NCBI GenBank assembly: GCA_031266345.1
Contig: JAISBD010000009.1
Coordinates: forward strand, 3,510 to 67,509
Direction of reading: 5' to 3'
DNA length: 64,000 nucleotides
DNA from: Puniceicoccales bacterium
GTDB taxonomy: Bacteria; Verrucomicrobiota; Verrucomicrobiia; Opitutales; JAIRKQ01
The position numbers and the translations under genes were made by a program. Under the pieces are notes generated by a model that saw nothing but the letters and a program-made list of their open reading frames with translations, was not told where the DNA came from and ran no database searches. Positions 1 through 7,291 of the stretch are shown here, piece after piece (position 1 is the first letter of the stretch; each line of letters begins with the position of its first letter).

Positions 1-1880
1 TTATCTTTTGCCGTAAGTATTTTCGTTTGAACATTTTTACCCAAACCCCTAATTCCGCGCAAAAGTCTTCCCGTAACCTCTGGAGCACGATAAGCTATAA
101 ACATCGGTAAGGCATTGTCTTCTGCCGTAAATATTTTCGCTTGAGTATCTTTATCCAGATCATAGATTACATCCAAAAGTTCCTCAGTGGCCATCAGCTC
201 CTCGATAGTCCTCATTGGAGCATCATTAACCAAGATGAAATTGGCCATAAACATCGGAAGATTGGTCGGAAAGATGTTCTCAAGGTTATTTCCCCTGCCA
301 TTACTTTGTGCCATAAATATTTCTGATTGAACATCTTTATCAAATTTCCTGATTTCACATAAAAATTCCCAGATACCCCTTGAAGCATCATTAACCGAGG
401 CATAAACGGCCGCGGTCATCAGGAAGGTCTGCCCCGAAATATTCTTTATCGCAAGTATTTTTATTTGCTCATCTTTGGGCAAGCTCCTAACCATAGGAAA
501 AAGCCGTTGAGTAATCATGGGAAAAAAAACACCTTTTCGCACTAAGATATCAACCATATCCAGCAGCAGGGTATTGACATTAGTCATATCCATCAGTGAG
601 GGATTCCAATTGCCATAATTCTGCATCTTAAGTATCTCCGCTAGAGCACCTTTATCTATGCAATCGAGCATATCTAAAAACATTTCGATAGCATTTTTAT
701 CGTAGGTACCGAATACATGCCTCGCAAATCTCAATCTATCCCCATGCGTTGCGCATATTGCTTTAAAAGTCTTTTCATCCTGGCCTTTTATTATAGCCAA
801 AAGTCTTTGGGCAGCCTTTGGAGCATTTTCAAGCACAAACGTCGGAAAGGTCCCAAAGGTACCATAGGGAGGGGAACCTTTGGGAGGAGCGCCTCTCCCC
901 AGGGCACCCATCCCCAGGGTACCCTGGGTCATGAATATTTTCGCTTGCTCATCTTTAGGTAACCCCTCAATCACACCTAAGAACCTTCCAATATCTATCT
1001 TATTAGTCTTAAGGAACCGAGTGACAAGTATCGGGAAGGTCCGTTTGCAGCTCTCACTAGCTTCTGTTTGGATTTCTGCCGTGAACATTTCCACCTGAAC
1101 ATGTTTAGGCAATTCCTCAATTATATCCATTAAAAACCCGACGGCAACCCTTTCCCCTAGTCCAGCACAGCTGGCTATAAACATCGGCAAAGTCTCACCC
1201 GCATTATTTTTCATCGTTAATATTTCCTCCTGGACATTTTTAGGCAGACCCTTAATCATAGTGAGAAGCTTTTCAGTAGCCTTATTATTTTTTTTAGCGT
1301 GTTCAGCCACAAGCATGGAAAGAGTATCACCGCTATCATTTTTCATCGTAAGCATTTTCGCTTGCTCACCTTTAGGCAGGCCCCCAATTATATCCAGAAA
1401 TTCTCCAGTAATCTCTGTAACAGACGTGGTTACACAGATCAAGAGGGACGCTTGTGCTTCGCATACCGCTGCCTGTTCCCGCAGATTTAGCTTCTTCATG
1501 GAGTCAATCAGATGTCTCAAGTCCGGACCTACGGCTTGATTCCACCACTGGTCTATGGATTTCTGGGGAGACCTCTTAGGTATCCCGGGAAGACGTTGTA
1601 GAGTCTGTTGAACTTTCCGCAAAGTCTCTACCACCTCTTCCAGGATTTCTTTGTGTTCGATTTCGCTCCCGGTTAGCTCCAAACTCGGCGATTTGCCACT
1701 GATTGCATGGGCAATCCTCTCCGTCAGGGACTTAGCCATAGGTACGGCCCCAGGGATCGCCAATGTTGAAATAGCTGGCACAATCGAGCTTTGCTGCGTT
1801 GAAGTGTTGCTAGGTGTCACATCAAATGTTAGGGCATCATTCTTTGCTGCCGTAGGAGATATTGCTGTTAGAGAATCCAT
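1..1880 (-). CDS. hypothetical repeat protein, N-terminal 626 codons (C-terminus lies beyond window start); at least 8 copies of a roughly 45-aa helical repeat with an ankyrin-like G-x-T-L-x-M-x-x-A core
   Basis: My own reverse-strand translation starts at the ATG at 1880-1878 (MDSLTAISPTAAKNDALTFDVTPSNTSTQQ...) and reads without a stop down to position 1. It is missing from the ORF track, presumably because no stop codon lies inside the window. A peptide motif LPK(D/N)xQxx(I/M)(L/F)T(M/A)KNxxGxTLxMFxA recurs. The corresponding plus-strand DNA motif (ca[tc]cttta/ggc...) recurs near 32, 146, 332, 470, 950, 1100, 1235 and 1367. Confidence 0.75.
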   Translation of the reverse strand, partial: MDSLTAISPTAAKNDALTFDVTPSNTSTQQSSIVPAISTLAIPGAVPMAKSLTERIAHAISGKSPSLELTGSEIEHKEILEEVVETLRKVQQTLQRLPGIPKRSPQKSIDQWWNQAVGPDLRHLIDSMKKLNLREQAAVCEAQASLLICVTTSVTEITGEFLDIIGGLPKGEQAKMLTMKNDSGDTLSMLVAEHAKKNNKATEKLLTMIKGLPKNVQEEILTMKNNAGETLPMFIASCAGLGERVAVGFLMDIIEELPKHVQVEMFTAEIQTEASESCKRTFPILVTRFLKTNKIDIGRFLGVIEGLPKDEQAKIFMTQGTLGMGALGRGAPPKGSPPYGTFGTFPTFVLENAPKAAQRLLAIIKGQDEKTFKAICATHGDRLRFARHVFGTYDKNAIEMFLDMLDCIDKGALAEILKMQNYGNWNPSLMDMTNVNTLLLDMVDILVRKGVFFPMITQRLFPMVRSLPKDEQIKILAIKNISGQTFLMTAAVYASVNDASRGIWEFLCEIRKFDKDVQSEIFMAQSNGRGNNLENIFPTNLPMFMANFILVNDAPMRTIEELMATEELLDVIYDLDKDTQAKIFTAEDNALPMFIAYRAPEVTGRLLRGIRGLGKNVQTKILTAKD

Positions 1881-2352
1881 GGTTTTTACCAATCGAGTAT
1901 TTTCTTGAAAGGCAAGCAAAATATTTCATTTTTTTGCTATTTTCAATCAAAGTTTTGCTAATCAACCTCTTCCCCGTTCACAATCCACAGCAATCTTTTA
2001 TTTTTATGCTTAAAAAATTCTATCCCCTGATGTGATTCGGCACATTCTTTTTTTGAAAAAGCTTTGGCTTTTTTTATATTTTTCGCACTTTCTTTCCCTT
2101 CGCAGAAAGCTTAGTTTATACCCTACGCTAGGGTCAAATCCCATGAAAAGGCTAATAAAAGAAAAGCGCCTATTAATTGTTGAAAAATTTATGCAAGACA
2201 AGCACTTGCTAGAAAGTCAAAGCGGAATCGCAAATTGGCTTAGGGGTAACTGGAGCCGGACAAGATGGAATACTCCCATACCTTGGCGGGCATAAAATTG
2301 AAAAAACTTCACCCAATCACTGAAAAAGTGCACCCACATTGGGAAAAATTGC

Positions 2353-2380
2353 AAAAAAGAAAGTTTCTCTTAGAAACTTT
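2353..2380 (-). terminator. possible rho-independent terminator downstream of the 2582-3433 gene
   Basis: On the minus strand there is a 9-bp stem (aaagtttct / agaaacttt) with a 3-nt loop, followed by cTTTTTTgc. The stem is AT-rich and lies about 200 nt past the stop codon, so this is a weak call. Confidence 0.3.
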
Positions 2381-2581
2381 TGCCCGAAGATCCCGGAAGG
2401 TGAGGTTCCACCGCTGCTAATTCTCCACAAATGTTACCTTACCCACGCGCTCTTAGCTGCCGTTTAATCTCGATAATTTCAACATTTATAGACATTTGAA
2501 GGGACTGAACACTTCTCCTTCGGCCTCCCTGCCGCTATTGTTGAATTTCTTAGATAGTGGAGCGTGCCCTAAATCGGGAAG

Positions 2582-3433
2582 TTAGACAGCACTTAGCTCC
2601 GCTTCAACTTTTTTGCCCCCACTTTCATAGGCAGCAACCTCTCGATCCACCACATCTTCTAACATCGCAGAAACATCCATTTGCTTCCCCGTTTCGCCTT
2701 CCCCCTTCGCTGTTTTTAATCCCGCCGGGGGTGACAGGGGCGCGCCCCTCCGGCTTAGCTCTTCATAGGCTGCTTTGGTCAATTTATACTCTTCAGGTTT
2801 TGGCCGCTCATTCCTTAAAATTCGATTTGCCAACAATTTGGCTTCAATGTCATCGTCGCTTTCATCATCACCCTCCTCATCATCTTCTTCTTCAATGTCG
2901 TCGTCCTCGTCATCTTCGTCGTCATAGTCGTAGTCCTCCTGGGAACTCAACTGGATAAATGCGTATTTATCCTTCGCCTCCGCTACAGGCTCACCGGGCT
3001 CCTTTTCGCTCGACTGGGAAGAATTTTTAGAGGATTTCGTCCGTTCCCCACCGTCCACGGCGGGATCCGTACTAGCCTTGGCTTTGAAATATTGCAAACA
3101 ATCTATTTCATAGGGAGATTGCCCCTGTTTTTTTCCAAAATCCTCTGTGGGCATTACCTCCATTTTGTTCCACATAGAAGCTGTGTTTCTAAAAATCAAG
3201 TCCTTACCTAATAATATGCCCGCCGGGTGCGTAGAAAGAGTACTGAAACTTTCGCTTGAATCTTTTAAACCTGTGGGAGAAGCTGCATGAACCGGGTCCC
3301 CAAATGGCCTAGAAACTGGTCTAAGCCCGCTTTCACTAATCGTTCTCTGAAGTTTTCCCTTTCCTTCAACGCTCAACGCCGAAGTAGAAGTTTTTTCATC
3401 AGAACTAAAATTTAAAACTTTTCTTACGTCCAT
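2582..3433 (-). CDS. hypothetical protein with an extreme acidic patch (DYDYDDEDDEDDDIEEEDDEEGDDESDDDIE), low-complexity and probably disordered
   Basis: 283-aa ORF in the track. It has no recognisable catalytic motif, is S/T/K/E-rich, and carries a central run of about 30 D/E residues. Confidence 0.6.
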   Translation of the reverse strand: MDVRKVLNFSSDEKTSTSALSVEGKGKLQRTISESGLRPVSRPFGDPVHAASPTGLKDSSESFSTLSTHPAGILLGKDLIFRNTASMWNKMEVMPTEDFGKKQGQSPYEIDCLQYFKAKASTDPAVDGGERTKSSKNSSQSSEKEPGEPVAEAKDKYAFIQLSSQEDYDYDDEDDEDDDIEEEDDEEGDDESDDDIEAKLLANRILRNERPKPEEYKLTKAAYEELSRRGAPLSPPAGLKTAKGEGETGKQMDVSAMLEDVVDREVAAYESGGKKVEAELSAV

Positions 3434-3554
3434 GCAACTATGAAAATAAGTTTTTGCCCAAAGCGCAAGAAAAATTTTCTAAAACTTTTTCCTTTCTAGC
3501 GCAGCCACGCTGAAATTGTGGCACACATATTTTTTATCAAAATTTCGATAAAAA

Positions 3555-3582
3555 TTGACATGAAAATAAACTATGCTATAAT
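3555..3582 (+). promoter_or_regulatory. near-consensus sigma70 promoter (TTGACA, 16-nt spacer, TGcTATAAT extended -10) directly abutting the 3592 start codon
   Basis: ttgaca lies at 3555-3560 and tataat at 3577-3582, preceded by tgc. Only 9 nt separate the -10 hexamer from the ATG at 3592, and there is no Shine-Dalgarno sequence. Confidence 0.6.
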
Positions 3583-3591
3583 AGGTACACT

Positions 3592-4599
3592 ATGCACAAC
3601 CCAATTTTACCCACCGCACATAGGGAGAACAACGCAAGCATCGCCCCCTTGCCGCTGAAAAACAATAGCTCCATGCCAATCGGCACTAGAGTTAAGCAAA
3701 TCATATCCGGCTTGCTCAGCCGGGCAACGTCGATGTGGAGAGGTAGGGCAATGCGCCGAGAATTGGATAGGCGTGTGACAGAAAAAATAGGAATGGCCTC
3801 CTTCCCTGCCCTGCAAAATAGATTTCACCTGGGCTCCTCCGCCTGCGTAGAGCTGCAACGGGTGATCGATGGCCTGGCCAGCGCGGACCTCGAAAAATTT
3901 TCACAAAACCCTAGCAACTTAGCACGGGGTGACCTAAATGAGCTCAAATCCGTGGCAGTGGGTAAACTTAGTGCCCGAACTCGCCAAGAATTGAGCAAAA
4001 CAATCTCCAATCGCGAAGATCTTCAGGGTGTCTATGCCAACACTGCTTACATGAATCGACACGTGCGGCTCGCAGAAAACAACATTGCAGAAATTAGGGC
4101 CATGGTGGATGAAATGAACAATGCGGCGGATGGGATTGAAGGTCAAATTTCGTCAACTGCCAATGCCGCAAATAGGCGCTATTTAACGGAGACACTAGCC
4201 TCCCTGAAAGGATATGCCCAGGACCTCAGTGGGATGGCGGATAGCCTTGAGCGAGCCTTGAAAGAAGCACAAACATTCGACAATACTATCACGAAGTTTG
4301 ATTGGATTGAGGAAATACAAGGATGCTCCGCCTCCATAAGATACCATGCAAAGGGCACCAAAGACGCTGCTTTGGACATACCAAGTCTCCTCGATGATGG
4401 GGAGCGGGGAGAAGTAAATGACCATCTGGAAGATATTATCAAAAAATTGGTTTATGCAGATGGATGGTCGAAAAGGTGTGCAAATTGGGGCGAAAGGGCG
4501 AAACAAATGCACAAAGTGGAACGGCTGATGAAGGCGCTGGTGGACCTACCGGATAGCCCCGATGTTCAAGCAAATGAGATCGAGCTCGATGATTTGTAG
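3592..4599 (+). CDS. hypothetical protein, predicted helical or coiled-coil, no recognisable domain
   Basis: 335-aa ORF preceded by a strong promoter. Long heptad-like segments are present (e.g. NIAEIRAMVDEMNNAADGIEGQISS, LASLKGYAQDLSGMADSLERALKEAQ). Confidence 0.6.
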   Translation: MHNPILPTAHRENNASIAPLPLKNNSSMPIGTRVKQIISGLLSRATSMWRGRAMRRELDRRVTEKIGMASFPALQNRFHLGSSACVELQRVIDGLASADLEKFSQNPSNLARGDLNELKSVAVGKLSARTRQELSKTISNREDLQGVYANTAYMNRHVRLAENNIAEIRAMVDEMNNAADGIEGQISSTANAANRRYLTETLASLKGYAQDLSGMADSLERALKEAQTFDNTITKFDWIEEIQGCSASIRYHAKGTKDAALDIPSLLDDGERGEVNDHLEDIIKKLVYADGWSKRCANWGERAKQMHKVERLMKALVDLPDSPDVQANEIELDDL

Positions 4600-4653
4600 G
4601 GCTTACCACGCACAGTTATTAAAGTTTGCGTTTTGCCGCGGGATCCTTAGAGG

Positions 4654-5274
4654 GTGCAAAGTATGGATAAATTTATACGCAAAACACTCGCCGAGGAGGA
4701 AGCTGAATACGCTGAAAGTAGGCAGGGCTCCTGCAATTCGATGATGCAAAAACGCTTCCTCAAGGAGCGCAAAATTTTCCTGTGGGGCGAAGTCAGCGAC
4801 AAATCTGCCAAGGATATCACCGAGAAATTGTTCTACCTGGAAATAGTCGAACCAAACTCACCCATAGATTTTTTCATCAACACCCCGGGCGGCTCCATCA
4901 CAGCGGGGATGGCGGTCTACGATACGATGAAGCTCATAAAATCACCGATTCGCGTGGTCGTTACCGGACTCGCTGCCAGCATGGGATCGATCCTACTCTG
5001 CGGAGCAAGGAAGGGCAATAGGCTCCTCTATCCCAATGCCCGCGTCCTCATCCACCAGCCCCTAATAATGGGCCAAATTGCCGGGCCAGCCGTGGATATC
5101 AACATACAAGCCAATGAGATGGAAAAGACCCGCAACGAATTGAACAGGATTTTGGCGGAGTCATCCGGCCAGCCGCTGGAAAAAATCACCAAGGATACGG
5201 ACCGCGACTTTTACATGAATGCGCAAGAAGCCATAGAATACGGGCTTGCCGACCGAATCATTGCTGAAATTTAA
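4654..5274 (+). CDS. clpP: ATP-dependent Clp protease proteolytic subunit ClpP (atypical N-terminus)
   Basis: Aligns to E. coli ClpP from KERKIFLWG onward. The Ser-His-Asp triad contexts are GLAASMGS, LIHQP and DTDRDFYM. The exact start (M1 versus M4) is uncertain. Confidence 0.9.
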   Translation: MQSMDKFIRKTLAEEEAEYAESRQGSCNSMMQKRFLKERKIFLWGEVSDKSAKDITEKLFYLEIVEPNSPIDFFINTPGGSITAGMAVYDTMKLIKSPIRVVVTGLAASMGSILLCGARKGNRLLYPNARVLIHQPLIMGQIAGPAVDINIQANEMEKTRNELNRILAESSGQPLEKITKDTDRDFYMNAQEAIEYGLADRIIAEI

Positions 5275-6275
5275 TGGCCGTGGATGGTGGTGTCATAAAT
5301 ATAGTATTCTGCTGCGACGACAGATTTGCCGGTCCGCTGCAGGTGGCAGCGCTGTCCGCTGTCCTAAATACGCTTTCCAAAATCGCGATTTACGTCGTTG
5401 ACTGCGGCATCTCCCAGGAAAGCCAAAATGCCCTTTGTACACTGAAAGCGAAATATGGCAATGTGGTCGACGTTATCTTTCGAAAGCCTATCAGGGAAAA
5501 ATTTTTTGAGAAGTTCCCCATGCCTGCCCATTTTTCTTCGGCGGTGTTCTACCGCCTGGCGATAGCGAGAACATTCCCGGAACTGGAGCGCGCCATATAC
5601 ATGGATTGCGACGTCATCGTGGCGGACGACATAGGTTCACTCTGGCACGTCGACCTCGGCGAACATCCCTTTGGTGCAATGCACGATGAGGGAAATTTCT
5701 TTTCATCGGCGGATATGGCGCGGCGCAAAGCTAGGGTAGGGATCCCTCCAGAGTGCGCCTATGCAAGCTCCGGCGTGCTGCTAATCGACTGCAGACGCTT
5801 CGAACAGGCAAAAATATACGAGCGAGTCTTGCAGTTCATCGGCGAGCGAAGCGAGCCTCTCCCTTGCCCGGAGCAGGAGGCCATGATGCTGTGCTTGGCC
5901 CCAGACGAGCACTTGCCCATCGACCCAAAGTTCAATTTCACCCCCTTTTCGCCGCTCGCTCGCAGGTGTCTGAAAAAAATTAAAAGGCCCGTCATCATAC
6001 ATTATTCTTGCTACAAGCCCTGGGTTTTTAATAGGAAACTCGTGAATTGGTTATATGATTTTTGGCTATTCCGCTACAGTTTATGGTTCATCAGGGAGTA
6101 TTGGATGTACTCGGATCAGGTCGATAGGTTCGCCTTTTCGTCGGTCAGCACGAAGCCAACTTGGCACTTCGCATACAAGAGGATATTCGGTGGGATCGAA
6201 CATTTCATTGCCAAAAGAATCAGAAATGGGCTAGTTCGTCTCTGGAAAAATATGCGCAGGGGAAGTAGGAAATGA
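5274..6275 (+). CDS. family 8 glycosyltransferase (LPS-type, RfaJ/LgtC-like)
   Basis: Starts with INIVFCCDDRF, has a DxD context (YMDCDVIV) and SGVLLIDC, all typical of GT8. Its start overlaps the clpP stop (TAATG). Confidence 0.75.
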   Translation: MAVDGGVINIVFCCDDRFAGPLQVAALSAVLNTLSKIAIYVVDCGISQESQNALCTLKAKYGNVVDVIFRKPIREKFFEKFPMPAHFSSAVFYRLAIARTFPELERAIYMDCDVIVADDIGSLWHVDLGEHPFGAMHDEGNFFSSADMARRKARVGIPPECAYASSGVLLIDCRRFEQAKIYERVLQFIGERSEPLPCPEQEAMMLCLAPDEHLPIDPKFNFTPFSPLARRCLKKIKRPVIIHYSCYKPWVFNRKLVNWLYDFWLFRYSLWFIREYWMYSDQVDRFAFSSVSTKPTWHFAYKRIFGGIEHFIAKRIRNGLVRLWKNMRRGSRK

Positions 6276-7273
6276 GCGGCAAAAAAATAGTACTGACCGG
6301 CATGCAACCCACGGGAAAGTTGCACTTGGGGAACCTGTTGGGAGCAATAAATAATTGGCGGCGCATGCTCGATGGCTATGATTGCCTGTTTTTCCTAGCC
6401 GACCAGCATGCCATAACCATGCCCCACATCCCCGCCGAATTGAGGAAAAATACTGCCGACTGCGTCGCACAATACATCGCCTGCGGGCTTGATCCGGCGC
6501 GGTGCAAAATTTTCCTCCAATCCCAAGTCATCGGCCACACGGAATTGATGTGGATATTGAGCTGCCTGACGCCAATCGGCCAACTCGAGCGCATGACGCA
6601 ATTCAAAGATAAGTCTAAAAAAATTGGGGAATCCCTGTGCTCCGGCCTACTGTTCTATCCGGTCCTGATGGCGGCGGACATATTATTATACGGCGCCGAT
6701 TTTGTGCCGGTTGGGGAGGACCAAAAGCAACACTTGGAGGTCACTCGGGACATTGCTCAGAAGTTTAATAATACCTATTCGGAGACGTTTACTGTGCCCG
6801 AACCCCACATCGGGCAGGCCGGTGCGCGGGTAATGTCGCTGCAAAACCCACTGGCAAAGATGTCAAAATCCGAAAAAAACCAAAATGGTCTCATAGGCGT
6901 AGCGGACTCGGACGACCTGATTCGCAAAAAAATTGCCGCCGCTGTCACAGATTCCGGCGGCACCATAGAGTTCGATGAGGTGAACAAACCGGGGATTTCA
7001 AATCTGCTGAACATATACGCGGCCGTTGCGGAAGTGAGCGTGGGGGAGGCGGTGGAACAGTTTTCTTCCCTGGGAAATTACGCCCCATTTAAGCGAATCG
7101 TCGCCGATGCCATCGTCGCCAAAATTGCGCCCATACGGGAAAAGTACGGTGAAATCGCAGGGGACAGGGAATATCTGCTATCGGTGTTCCGCGCGGGGCG
7201 GGAGGATGCCCAGCGGCGGGCAAATAAAATGATGGCAAAAGTGTATCGCAAAGTAGGCTTTGTAATAGAGTAA
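6272..7273 (+). CDS. trpS: tryptophan--tRNA ligase
   Basis: Class I signatures are present: TGKLHLGN (HIGH-like) and KMSKS. The length is 333 aa and there is a 4-nt ATGA overlap with the upstream gene. Confidence 0.93.
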   Translation: MSGKKIVLTGMQPTGKLHLGNLLGAINNWRRMLDGYDCLFFLADQHAITMPHIPAELRKNTADCVAQYIACGLDPARCKIFLQSQVIGHTELMWILSCLTPIGQLERMTQFKDKSKKIGESLCSGLLFYPVLMAADILLYGADFVPVGEDQKQHLEVTRDIAQKFNNTYSETFTVPEPHIGQAGARVMSLQNPLAKMSKSEKNQNGLIGVADSDDLIRKKIAAAVTDSGGTIEFDEVNKPGISNLLNIYAAVAEVSVGEAVEQFSSLGNYAPFKRIVADAIVAKIAPIREKYGEIAGDREYLLSVFRAGREDAQRRANKMMAKVYRKVGFVIE

Positions 7274-7291
7274 CAGAACAATGGAGGTGCA

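Noticed and set aside
1881-2581. The 700-nt gap between the repeat-protein start and the acidic-protein stop, examined for a structured RNA (6S, RNase P, SRP) or small ORFs (2010-2201, 2032-2295).
   Set aside because: I could recognise no conserved ncRNA core motifs. The small ORFs overlap each other on opposite strands in AT-rich sequence without an RBS. Only a weak terminator-like hairpin is reported.
3519-3535. TGGCAC-N5 motif (tggcacacatattttt) upstream of the 3592 gene, as a possible sigma54 -24/-12 promoter. A second TGGCAC lies at 46625-46641 upstream of the RNR alpha-like gene.
   Set aside because: The first lacks the obligatory GC of the -12 element (TTTTT instead of TTGC). In the second the GC dinucleotide is displaced by one nucleotide from the strict spacing. 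Neither is convincing.
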